Shown piece by piece: positions 46,313-57,839 of a DNA stretch of 64,000 bases. The DNA is from Trypanosoma brucei (Eukaryota): contig AL929603.2 in NCBI GenBank assembly GCA_000002445.1, positions 992,001-1,056,000 on the forward strand, in the 5' to 3' direction. Both the position numbers and the translations under genes were made by a program. The notes under the pieces are model-generated. The model did no database searches. It was not told the origin of the DNA and saw nothing but the letters and a program-made list of their open reading frames with translations. How positions within the stretch are numbered: the first letter of the stretch is position 1; every line of letters starts with the position of its first letter.

Positions 46313-46570
46313 GTGGGAGACTTTTTGCGATGGAGCAGTAACGGAGATAAAGGAGACAGCGATTATTTTAGTCTCCACATATACGCAAGCAGAGTGCTCA
46401 CTGCAGTGTTCTCTCCTTTTGTTATTAACGTAACAACCTCCATTCTATCCCGCGCTTATAGAAGTGGAGGATTTATACTCTCACTTCCAAGCATCCACAA
46501 GAATTTCACTTCGGTTCTACTCGATGCCAATCTTAACGATGGTGAAATTGACGTTTCTCTTCCTGAGTAG
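46313..46570 (+). pseudogene. ESAG1-like C-terminal fragment (truncated pseudogene)
   Basis: ...SILSRAYRSGGFILSLPSIHKNFTSVLLDANLN... resembles the ESAG1-like C-terminus (NITSLYSRFNEIHKNFTSLLLN). It sits downstream of the small GPI gene, as at 24653. Confidence 0.45.
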
Positions 46571-47807
46571 TTGCATGTTTACATTTTCATACATGTTCCC
46601 GTCCCCAAATATAAGCGCATACTTGCTGCAGCGCGCGCTAACGTATAACCTATGAGTGGATGCATCGCTTACGTTGACTGATGTGTGTTCATAAAATTAT
46701 CTTTTCCTTTTGGTTGCTGTGCTTGCTTGTGCAGGTGTGGATGTGCGTGTGCACCGCGTATGCGAAGAAAAAATGGGGCGTGGTGGGTTGCACTCGTGCA
46801 AATTTCTGTGCTATCATGGTCGGACTGTGGTGCATGGATCATTCGTGAAGTAAAAGCGAACAGAGCTCTGCGTGGTTGAAGTGTTTCTCGCCTTCACAAA
46901 CATGTATTGAATGTGGTGTCGCCATAAAACCTGGTGTGTCGCAGTGGTTGTTATGATGAGCATTCGCGCCGTCCAATAACATTACTCCAGTACAGAATGA
47001 GAGGTTGGTCGCTTTGTGCGAAGGGAGATTGCCAGAACGTCCCATATAGAGGAGAGATAGATAAATCATTCATGTGTTTTGGAGGCGTATTGACTGCAGA
47101 GGGTCTGCAAGCGAAAAGTTCAAAAGTTTGTTGGTGCACCGGTGTGCTACGGAATTTGTGTAATGCAAACCCTTTGTGCCCTTCTCCTGTGCATCATACG
47201 CTGAGTTTTGGCGGGTGCAGAAAAATTGGTAACGCTTGACGGATGCGCTATCTATTGGTGCGTTTGAGTTCATCATCAATAAAGACGCGATCTTCCGGAT
47301 TACGAACAGTGAATATGTTGCAATCGCGGTACATGGATCATTTGCAGTGTAAGATAATAGCGGTTTCTCGCGTACGATAAACACTCTATTACATGCACAG
47401 TTTCAGAGAATGCTGTGGCCTTTTCATAAAAAACGGAACAGTTATGGGTGAATGAAACTCCGTCACTGTATAATAAATAGTAACTAAATCAACCCTTTTA
47501 GTAACGATACCAACCAAGAAAATAAAATATTTACTGACCCGAAAAACGATAGTACGTTATTATTCAATTAAATGTGAGAGAAAATGCAAAGGTAGCTTTA
47601 CTAACAATGCTGCAGGCGGTGGAAGATTCATAATGATGGACAAGTATACACCAAAGTGTTTAATACCTATTACAGCAGCACTGACTGCTCAATTTTACGT
47701 GGTGTTGCAAGAACTATTTCCCATCATTATTGATTACCTCTGGTAGTTTGTGCTTTTGTTGTGGCATGGTTTGCTATCCACTGGTTTTTTGTAGGCAATA
47801 ATAGAAA

Positions 47808-48794
47808 ATGAAGGTTGTTATTGTAGAGTTAGTGATTTCATTATTGCTTGTAGTTTACGTTTGTGGGGCGGAAGAAGACGGTACTTGCAGGTTGGTGGCA
47901 GATTCTGGGGGACACTCACACTTAAATGAGTCCGTTTGCTATCTCAGTTGCCTTTCGAGTGCGTTGAATAAATTATACACTGATGGTGAGAGGAAAATGC
48001 TTGTGAATGAGGAAGTATATGCAAATGCGTCTCGTATACTGGATGATATGGAAGGTAAAACAGGTGAAAGCACAGAGTATTTGAGTGTTATCAGCGGTGT
48101 AATGGAAAGTGAACATGATAAATTGGAAAAGCTTATAACTTATGGAAATGAAATGGGAGATTTTGTAGCTAAGGCAGGTGGATTATTTGCTGAGGTTAAT
48201 GAGAGTGTGAGGGAAGTGAGGAAAGTATTACCCAGTGCCCTCATGGAAGCAAATAAATACTATGCAGCCATTGCTGAGATTACAAGAACTCTTTGGGATG
48301 ATGCTAAGGCGGTGAAGAGCGACGATGAGGAAGTCTTACAGTGTAGAAACGGGAAAATTATAAGTACAGGGGAGTTTGCAGTCAAGTGTAGCGCCCATAC
48401 GTGTCCACTAGAAGCCAATGTGACAGAGAGTAACCTCAAAATGTACAAGGATGGCTGTCTCGAAATAAATGTAATGGGTGGTTCTGTTAGCAAATGCTTC
48501 AATTTACCAAGGAATAACTTGTATATAAGCGGTGCAAGAATTAATTCGAGTGGTGTGTTGGAATGGTTTGAAAACGGTGCCTCCTTTTTTCGACTTATAG
48601 TCAAGGTTCAGGACATCTTCGCACCCCTTATCGCACCTTTTGCAGCCGGGAAACCGCCCTCTGTACTTCTTACAAAGATGACAAATATCACTTCCCTTTA
48701 CTCTCAATTTAACAAAGTTCACAACAACTTTACTTCGCTGCTGCTCGAAAACAATATCACTGGGAATGTGAATAAAACAAGATCAAGCTTCTAA
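47808..48794 (+). CDS. ESAG1-like membrane glycoprotein (copy 4)
   Basis: 328 aa with an N-terminal signal anchor (VIVELVISLLLVVYV), the conserved SVCYLSCLSSALNKLY and PFAAGKPPSVL motifs, and no C-terminal tail. Confidence 0.6.
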   Translation: MKVVIVELVISLLLVVYVCGAEEDGTCRLVADSGGHSHLNESVCYLSCLSSALNKLYTDGERKMLVNEEVYANASRILDDMEGKTGESTEYLSVISGVMESEHDKLEKLITYGNEMGDFVAKAGGLFAEVNESVREVRKVLPSALMEANKYYAAIAEITRTLWDDAKAVKSDDEEVLQCRNGKIISTGEFAVKCSAHTCPLEANVTESNLKMYKDGCLEINVMGGSVSKCFNLPRNNLYISGARINSSGVLEWFENGASFFRLIVKVQDIFAPLIAPFAAGKPPSVLLTKMTNITSLYSQFNKVHNNFTSLLLENNITGNVNKTRSSF

Positions 48795-49524
48795 CAAGTA
48801 CGTTTATATACATTTTCTCCTGTCTACTGATGTTTTTGCATACATGCTTTTGTGCGAGTTCGCACGGGTACACGTACTTAACAATTTTTGTTGTTATTGA
48901 CATGCCATGTTTTCATGAAAAAAATCTTTTCTAAACCTTTTGTAGTGTAAGTGTAATTACATCTCGATTAATGGAATACATGTTATTCTTCTGTGTGCCT
49001 AGTAAGACATATTTCTGGTAGCTTACCTTTCAGAGCTTTTCTTTTATCGTAGGAGTTGAAAAATATGTAGGGAATGAGAGTGAAGCATTGGCGAGAATAG
49101 CGATTAATCAGTTGCCGCGTTGCGACGTTGGATCCGGGGAATGCGACATAGGTGTGATTCGCCAGTTGTCGCCCTTTCTTTACTAAATTTTGTAGGCGCA
49201 CCACTGTTTCTTTTCCCTTTTTCGTAGCTGCCTCAGCTATTCTTAGGGTTTCTGTTGCTTCAAAGTTTGTCTATCCAGTTTTCTGTTTTCAAAGCGGCTG
49301 CTGCCTTGTTTTCCGTCAGCTCTCTGAAGTCAGCGCGCCCTTCGTTGGTTGCCGAGCCACAATTGTCAGCCGTTGGTTTTGTGCCGAGGTAAACTAAGGC
49401 GCCGCTGACCGTTTTTTTGTCTTTTTGTTGTCGCATGTTTGCTGTTTTTGTGTTTTTGCTGCGCTTGTTTCTTTTGCAAACCTGACTCTTGTGCTAATGC
49501 TGCCGCTACTGCGCAGGTGTCTGC

Positions 49525-50130
49525 CTATAGGAGCTTTTGTTCCGGGCCGTCAGAGCCTGGTTTTATGTGCAGCTCCTCAAGCTTTTTCAGTAACGCCGGT
49601 GAGTCAGCGCCCGCAACGTCTCCGAACAAACCTTTGATTATCCTGGTAAGTTTTGTCGTTTCTGTAACGTCCTTGTTGCCGACAGGTTCCTTGATTGCAT
49701 CTGCTAGCCCCGCTGCTGGCGCCTCCGTATTGATGATACTCTTGGTGTCGGCAGTTGTTGTAAATGCCAGTGCCGCCGTCTCCGCAAATACCGTATCTAG
49801 GTCGGTGAGGGTGGACTTGTGTTGCTTCACGCCTTCGAGTTCTCCTATTTTGCTGCCGCAGTTTCTGTCGCCGGCTAACTCGCTAGTCGATGTTCTACAC
49901 GAACCAGCACCGAATCTGATGGCACCGTGTGGTGGTTGCCCTTGTAAAAATTTGATGCCGTGGACCGTTTTAAAGGTGCAGTCGGCCCCCGTTTGTGTGT
50001 TTGCCGTTGCAAATTTTCCCTGTGTATTGGTGAGCTCAGGCGAGCTCCTGCAGCCGCCTATATGTCCAGCTACGGCGGCTGCACCTCCCGCAATTAAGAT
50101 GTAGCTGTTGGCTGTGTCGGTGTTGTCATT
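49525..50130 (-). pseudogene. VSG-like N-terminal-domain fragment, apparently truncated at its 5' side by the ingi insertion
   Basis: By manual translation the minus-strand frame stays open from about 50190 down to 49525. It encodes an Ala/Thr/Gly-rich sequence (…CGSKIGELEGVKQHKSTLTDLDTVFAETAALAFTTTADTKSIINTEAPAAGLADAIKEP…LLKKLEEL…) that resembles the N-domain of the intact VSG in this window. The overlapping plus-strand ORF (49439..50104) is low complexity and judged non-coding. Confidence 0.3.
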
Positions 50131-50145
50131 CTGTTTCCGCTGGCG

Positions 50146-52629
50146 ATGCTGGCCACATCAAGGTGGTGCCAGGGTCCAGTACCCCGTATCATCGGGGGAA
50201 GCCAAGAGCCAGCAGCGTTCCTTTCATGGGGAACAATGCTTTGCTTCGGCTACGGCATCATACAGCACAGGGATCAGCAGCGTCTTGCTGGGACACCGTT
50301 TTTCATTTGTTGGTCCCTGGGCACGTGCCAGCGTGCCATCAGCAGTATCATCCGCACTAAGATGCTGCTGTCCGGTGATGTGGAAGAGAATCCCAGCCCG
50401 TCGTTGCGCGGGATGCAGTGGAACTGCGCCGGGCTATCTCAAGGAAAGAGATTAGCACTCCACAAAACCCTTGTTGATGAGCGGATCGCCTTTTGTCTGT
50501 TGAGCGAGACAAGGATGACGCCTGGAGAGGCGGCTTGCTTTAGCGTTGCTGGCTGCCAACATCACGGAAAAGCTCGTAACTGCAAAGGAGGTGGTGTATC
50601 AATACTAGTGAGGGAGGACCTACCAATCGAGACAGGTATGGCTGTTGTTGGTCGCATTGAACAAGTGCATGCAACAATTCACCTTGCACGTGAAACGGCA
50701 CTGACCGTCACGTCGGCATACATCCCACCAAAACACACCTTCACGGCAACTGACCTAGATACGCTTCTTACGACTGACGGTGCCCAGCTCATCGGTGCAG
50801 ACGCTAACGCACACGCGTTGGCATGGGATCGCGCGAGCCCACCAAATACCAAGGGTGAAACCCTCACACAGTGGTGCATTGACAACCAGTTTCTGGTCTG
50901 CAACACTGGTGAGTGCACCAGGTACGCGCGCCACCACGGGGAGTCCACCCCTGATGTGACACTGTCAAGGAATTGCACAGTGTACACGTGGACATCGCTG
51001 TATTCTCCCGATAGCGATCACCATCACATATTTTTCGACGTTATCGTTGGAGACGACACAGATGCACTGAGTTGCCCGCAGCTTCGAAAGCCCATGTACG
51101 CATGGCTAAAAGCTAACTGGAGGAATTTCCGTCTCAAGGTTGACGAGCTCTGCAGGAAAATTGGCAGAGAGAAGAACGTCAACACCCTGGAACAGAAATT
51201 GAGCTCCGCCATCCGCACTGCGACGAAGGTCTCCGTCCCCCGTGGCTGCAGAGCAACGCCACCACATTGGACACCTGCGCTCGCGAAACTCGATGAAGAG
51301 ATCGCTGGATGCGGACCCTCCTACCGAAGGGAAAAGTTGGTAGCCACGCGTAAGCAGATCCTGGACCGTACCACAAAGAAGAGATGGAGCACGCTATGCT
51401 CCAGACTTGCGGTGTCAGACCGCTGCAGTTGGCACATTGTCAAGAAGGTATATGCGCCACGACCACTAACCACACTGACGGTACTGGTTGATAACGTGGC
51501 CATCACAGACTACCGTCAAGCTGAGAGGTTCAGTAAACTGTACTTGTCCCGCGCAAGAAGGCACCCCGACTCACACCCACCGGCACCAATAAAGACGATA
51601 GCGAGTGAGTTCAGTCCCATCACGATGGCTGAACTACGGAGATCGATCAAACTGCTTCCGAGTGGATCCGCAGCCGGACCTGATTGCTTACACAACGAGG
51701 CACTGCAACATCTCGGTAGAACAGCGCTGAATGTTGTTCTGAGGCTATTCAATGAGAGCCTACGAGCGGGAGTCGTGCCGCCTGCATGGAAGACTGGTGT
51801 TATCATCCCCATCCTGAAGGCCGGAAAAAAGGCGGAGGACCTCGAATCTTACAGGCCTGTGACGCTCACGAGCTGTCTCTGCAAAGTCATGGAACGCATA
51901 ATTGCCGCGAGGCTTAGAGACACTGTTGAGTCCCAGCTGACGCCGCAGCAATCAGGCTTTCGCCCCGGATGCTCAACGCTCGAACAACTGCTGCACGTCC
52001 GCGCTGCCCTCTGCCGTCCCACGCACCAATATCGTACGGGTGCTGTATTCGTTGACTACGAGAAGGCATTCGATACAGTAGACCACGACAAAATTGCGAG
52101 GGAAATGCACATAATGAAGGTATCACCCCACATTGTGAAGTGGTGCGTATCATTTCTGAGTAACCGAACTGGCAGAGTGAGATTCAAGGAGAAGCTTTCC
52201 AGAAGCAGAACATTTGAGCGAGGAGTGCCACAAGGAACTGTCCTTGGCCCAATCATGTTCATTATTGTCATGAACTCGTTGAGCCAACGCCTTGCAGAAG
52301 TGCCGTTACTGCAGCACGGATTCTTTGCAGACGACCTGACGCTACTTGCGAGACACACAGAGAGGGATGTCATCAACCACACACTACAATGCGGTCTAAA
52401 CGTGGTGTTACAGTGGTCAAAAGAGTACTTCATGTCTGTCAACGTAGCGAAAACGAAGTGCACACTCTTCGGGTGTACAGAGCGCCACTTCCTTACATTG
52501 CAACTGGACGGCGAAAGAATAGGAGCTGACAGGACACCGAAGCTTCTAGGAGTAACATTCCAGTGTCTGCAAGGGATGGGAACACATGCGGCCGAAACGA
52601 GATGCAAGATGGACTTCAGACTACTGTAG
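50146..52629 (+). pseudogene. ingi ORF segment 1 (2A-like peptide, endonuclease, reverse transcriptase)
   Basis: 827-aa segment ending at an in-frame TAG. It continues in the same frame at 52714. Confidence 0.8.
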
Positions 52630-52713
52630 ATAGCAGCCATCTCAGCTTCTACATGGGGGCCAAGACGATAAGTACTGAGAGCTTTTTATCTAGCACTCGT
52701 ACAGGCACACACC

Positions 52714-54228
52714 ATGTATGGCATTGAGGTATGGTACTGGGACGCTTCGGAACGAAGTCGCGACCTCCTTGCATCAGCACAACACAAAGCCAGTTGCATC
52801 ATAGCTGGCATACCACATGGGACGCGCAAAGAGGACTCTCTGCTGGAAGCAAACATCCTGCCACTCAAGACGGCCACTCTTGTGCGCAGCATGAAATTCG
52901 TGCTGATGTGTGAGTCACGAGGCGGATGTTTGCGGCGCAGTGCTGAAGAAGTATACCACAGCAAACACCCAGTCAGAGCCCTACATTCCCGCATCATGCG
53001 GTCCTATCCCCACCTCCGCATTGAGCCACGCGAGAACCCACTAGAGACATCGACGCTCCGCCACAGCTGCCGACCGCTATTTCACACGCAGATAAAGCCT
53101 GTGTGCGCTGGTGACCCTGACGATGTCAAAAGGGAGGCTTCCGAAAAGTGGATTGAACGGCATTTTGCACGGAGGGGGAAGGAGCCACCGCGGCGAGAGC
53201 ACTACGAATTGTGGACTGATGGATCCGTGTCCCTCGGTGAGAAGTCCGGAGAAGCTGCCCTTCTCTATAGAAACAACACGCTGATTTGCGCACCCAAAAC
53301 TGGAGCAGGGGAACTCTCATGCAGTTACAGAGCGGAATGCGTAGCATTAGAGATAGGACTGCAACGGCTGCTGAAATGGCTTCCGGCATACAGAAGCACA
53401 CCGAGCAGGTTGTCCATCTTCTCTGACTCGCTGTCAATGTTAACAGCACTGCAGACAGGCCCCCTAGCCGTAACGGACCCAATTCTGAGACGACTATGGA
53501 GGCTTCTGCTTCAAGTTCAGAGAAGGAAGTTGCGTATCCGACTGCCATTTGTGTTTGGCCATTGTGGCGTGAAACGGAATGACGTTTGCGATGACATGGC
53601 GAAAAAGGCCACTGATTTACCACAGTTGCGAGACACATTGATCCCCGACATCATTGCTTATGCGAAGCGAGTGATTAGGTCGGAAGAAGTCCATGAGAAC
53701 ACTCATAGGTTTGGTATCACGGGAAACCACTTTCCAACAAAACATAAAGAAGAACTGACGAGGGAAGAAGAAACGGCACTGGCACGCTTTCGAGTTGGGT
53801 CTTCAAGACACTATGGATGGATGTTGCGAAAGATCAACCCGAGTGTGCCTCCACAGTGCCGATGGTGCAACCCGCAACATGCAGAGATAGGGCCAACAAT
53901 ACAAACGGCCCCAACTGTTGCGACACACACTCTTCAGAGAACCTCCGAACCAACTAAATGTACGGAATGTGATGCCACATACCAATGCCGCTCGAGTGCT
54001 GTAATGCATATGGTAAACAAACATGGCTTTGTGCGAGCTGATGCCCTCCGGAGGATCAAATACGGCGATGCAACACCCGCAGTGGACATCCCCCCGGAGC
54101 CCCCTCCAGTGGTGGCGATCGTTCCTCTACCATCGAGCACACGAGTCCCAATGAGACCGCAGGTGCTTCATTGTACCCTTCTGTGCCTCCAAATTCGCAG
54201 TGCCAGGCCGACTATTACACCACCTTAG
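52714..54228 (+). pseudogene. ingi ORF segment 2 (RNase H domain and first C2H2 fingers)
   Basis: Same frame as segment 1. Contains the RNase H motifs and CTECDATYQCRSSAVMHMVNKHGF. Confidence 0.75.
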
Positions 54229-54754
54229 AACAATACATGGCATAGGCAGCGGTAGTTGCCGCGTGAAAAGGGGGCGAGAGAACGAAGACTCATTGCAAGG
54301 AGATGGTAGAGCCCCAGCAGCGCCAGCCTCTCAGGATACACGGAAGCTGCCGTTTCAATGTGACCTGTGCGAGGCGAGCTTCGGTACACGTTCTTCCCTG
54401 TCACTACACAAGAAATTCAAACATAAAAGCATAGTGACGGAGGACGGTAACTTTGTGGCGGTGGTGCAATTCCCTCGTAAGCGTGCCCGTGAGGGAAACG
54501 TTGACGTCCCGGGGAAAGGCGAGGTGCAGTGTGGTGTGTGCCAAAAAGTGCTCAGTTGCAGGGACTCCCTCATCCGACACTGCAAGGCTTTCTATAAAGG
54601 TGAGGAAGTCGAACTTAAATACAGCAAGAGCACAAAATTGTGTGCCACTGATTCCCCGCATACAAACGCATCCATGTTGGTTTGCCCGACATGCGGGAGG
54701 CGTGTGCTAGCAAAACTGGCCTCACCCTACATCAAAAGAAGATGCACGGTATGA
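54200..54754 (+). pseudogene. ingi ORF segment 3 (C2H2 zinc fingers), shifted +1 relative to segment 2
   Basis: FQCDLCEASFGTRSSLSLHKKFKHK and CGVCQKVLSCRDSLIRHCKAF. It overlaps segment 2 by about 29 nt in a different frame. Confidence 0.7.
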
Positions 54755-56002
54755 AGGTAGAGCGCGCTGTTACCAGCCAACGCGGCGACTGCGAAGAAAC
54801 GTCGCTGCACTTGATGAGCTGTCCCGGTTTGAAGGAGTTACGTGTCAGGTTTGCGGTAGAAGGCGTGTGTGTGCAGGATGTATGTTTCTCTAAAAGGCTG
54901 GCGCAGTTTCTCATTGCGGTTGAACGGAGCCGGCCGCAGGTGAAGTCCTCACCTAAGGTAACAGTCATACAACCCACTCTCCCTTCTGCAACTTCCCCCC
55001 TTATTGCCGAGTGTGGAGCTAGCAGGAAAAGCACCGGACGCAGGAATAGTCCAGACACCCTTAGAGACAGAGGGGGTATGCAATCAACAAGCAACAGAAA
55101 CAGAAAGAGGGAGAGAGAATAATAAACTAATAACAAAAGTCAAAACAAAAGGATTGCTAATTGACATCTTTGGGAGAGTCCGGGGTTGGGGGCTTCTCGC
55201 CCCATCTGCTGTATTCCGTTCAACTGCGGAGCTACAACAAAAATTATAGAGGTGTTAGGCTTAATAAAAAAAGGGAGACTCTGCCACAGTCGCCAGACCG
55301 ATAGCATCTCAGGGCTCTACGGTGATAGCTGATGGCCGCGCCAGTGGGGGGAAACTCCCACGAAGGCACGAAGAAAATTCCAAAAAAAAATCTTTCGAGG
55401 TTGGTTGCTTGTCTGTGAGGGTTAGGTCTCCAGTTCTTTGAAAGCGGTTTAAGGTTGTTGACAATTTTTTGTATGTATTCACTTGTTTTTTCTTTAAGTG
55501 TTCCCCAGCTTCTTGGCGTATGTCTGCTTTTTAGATGACTGGACCTCGCTGAGCTGTTATTTTCGACGTTGAACGTCTGGTGTACTGGTTGCCATTGCTG
55601 GCAGCTGTACCGCTGAGCTTGTCCGTCGGCCAGGGTGTTTCTGTCTGCTCTTTTGTCGCTGGTTGTGGCTGAGGTCGTATTTTAAACCCAAAGGCGAAAA
55701 TCTTCAAAACCGACAACTTTTCTGATGCTATTGGTTTTGGAGTTTGCTGTAGTGGAGTCATCCTAATCCTCTGATGTTGGTCGCTGCGCTTCCGTTTTTA
55801 ACTCTGTCTCAACGAAAATAGGTATTGTATTTTAACGCAACAATATCCTTGGGAGCCGGTGCACCTGCAAGTCCTGAGCTAACTCAGCATTTAAATTTTA
55901 CAGTTTCTGAGTATTAAAAACATTTCTCGCTTCAAAAGGTCAACCACTAACACTTTCATAACCAATATCTAACTTCTCTCCATGTAGCGCACAAGTTTTC
56001 AG

Positions 56003-56987
56003 TTATCCTAGATTCTGGTTTCTAAATTCCTTTCTCTCAAACTTGTTATGCCAAGTTAAGTTTGTCATAATTTCTTTTGCCCTTTTCTGCCAAGAGAACG
56101 CGTTTCCTGCTAGATGAAGTAATTCTGCTTCTCCAATGGCGCCGCTGACGTGTATGGAAAAGAAACGCTCTTCGTAATCCAATCCAATTATTCTTGGTAA
56201 AAGAAGTCTCGTGCCGATATTTTGCTCTTTGTACACACTCCAAAGAAGTAACGGCATATATATGCTCCGCTCTGACCACTACTCATCGCTCATTTTATGC
56301 ATTTCATTAAACGCCTTTCCAAACATTCTGAATGCCCAAACTCTTGCTATTATATCACCACCATTCAAGTATGCTTTTTGATTTGCAGGCCACTTAATTA
56401 AATGCGTTAGGTTCAGCCGCTCTTCCACCAAGTAAGAGACTTTGAAAAACCACGCGCACCTCTCTATATGGCCTCTCTGTTTTGATTTCAAAATCAAATC
56501 CAACTGAGGCGCATAACACTCAGCTGCCGACATGAATAGAATAGGGTAAAATTGTTTCTCTTTTAAATTATCATCTTCTCTAAAATTCTCTTCATTTGCA
56601 GTAGTATTTTAAATATTCTACCGCATTCTCATACTTATTTTCATCATAAGAAATAACATCAGATCCGTCTACAGTTATTACAATATCCTCATCACTTGTA
56701 TTCTGTTTCTCCAAAAACTCCATGACCCATCTAGGCCTCTTAACATGACTGTACAAAGCTCCCATTTCAATTGTAATAATTTCGACATTGCTTAGTTTCG
56801 CACTCAATATGAGCCTACACCATCCTTGCGTTGCATGAGTTTGAACTCCAACCACAAATACTCTTGGGTTCTTAGGATAATTCTGTGTTGTGTTTTTTGT
56901 GTCATCGTTATCAAGAGATACGGCGCTTACACACACTAAATGTAATAGCAATGGTAATGATAAAGCTCTCGAGATACCAAATTTCAT
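56003..56987 (-). pseudogene. Frameshifted ESAG3-like(?) pseudogene. The family assignment is tentative.
   Basis: Four consecutive minus-strand ORFs in alternating frames (56987-56592, 56533-56279, 56279-56046, 56257-56003) together encode about 340 aa. It begins with a signal peptide (MKFGISRALSLPLLLHLVCVSAVS) from the ATG at 56987. ESAG3-related pseudogenes are typical neighbours of VSG cassettes. Confidence 0.3.
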
Positions 56988-57839
56988 GCCATAATATACC
57001 TTCAAAATTTGAGAAAATACTGTAGAAAAAATAGAACATCGTAACAAAGGAACTCAGTTGCGCCAGAAAAGTGCTTGTTTAAAGAATAATGTTAACAAAC
57101 GTAAGTAATGCCTTGTTATTTTTATGATATATGTGCTGATGACTGTAAGTTCGGTGTTTTCACAATATTTTCGAGTACATATCTACGGGATTTATTTTAC
57201 AAGTAAACTTCTTTTACAAAACCTAGTTCCAAACATTACTTGCATTACACTGTTCGTTGCATTTAAACACCCCTCTATGTATTCTTTTGCAAACTGTAAC
57301 GGTGAGGTGCACTCATACGTTGACACATACTATGTATTTAACTGTTTAATCTAAGAACTACCCCAAACATCTTGTTTCTTGATGAGGGTCCCCTAAATAT
57401 AGATTCATAAACTACTGCTACTATTGTCTCCACCATTTTCACAGTAGCATCTATCTATATCTGTGTAAATTCTGCGCACTATTTCTCTTGTGTACTTTTT
57501 GATCTGTCTTACTCCACCACTCTTTGTGTTGTTACATTTGGTATTTTCTTTCCTTCTCTTTACTTCTTCTTCCACTGCTTTTACAGATAACGTCGAGACT
57601 CTATTTTGGTCCAACAGTGCATTCTGTTTCTCCATTGTTTTTCCCTTCGTTACCTCCTCCTGTATAATGATTCCCATACTCGTGTTTCTGTTTAAAACTT
57701 CTCATATTCAATTTTTTCTCTCTTACTTTCTATCCATTTCCTTTAATAATGTTTATTGGGCGTAATCACTAATTTCCCCCACTGATTAATACCGACTTCA
57801 TCCTTTCCATTGTTTTAAGTGCTTATATTTTTGTTTCCA

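Larger units (their letters stand above)
50120..55390 (+). mobile_element. ingi: ingi non-LTR (LINE-like) retrotransposon, degenerate (about 5.25 kb). Boundaries are approximate, roughly ±100 bp.
   Basis: The ORF encodes an N-terminal 2A-like motif (DVEENPSP), an APE-type endonuclease (MQWNCAGL…), a reverse transcriptase (…FADDLTLLA box), an RNase H (YELWTDGSVSLGE…AALL) and C-terminal C2H2 zinc fingers. It is interrupted by two in-frame stops (52627, about 52669) and a frameshift near 54200. The 3' end carries a GC-rich stem (gtggggggaaactcccac) followed by A9 at 55381..55389. Length is consistent with ingi. Confidence 0.85.

Noticed and set aside
49439-50104. 221-aa plus-strand ORF (and 49425..49637) upstream of the ingi.
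   Set aside because: It has a Cys/Ala/Ser low-complexity, non-protein-like composition and lies antisense to a VSG-like frame. It is most likely an accidental open frame in compositionally skewed sequence.
55263-55272. Alternative ingi 3' end at the A7 run (ttaataaaaaaaggg).
   Set aside because: The stem-like gtggggggaaactcccac followed by A9 at 55381..55389 gives an element length (about 5.25 kb from about 50130) that fits ingi better. It remains uncertain without the consensus.
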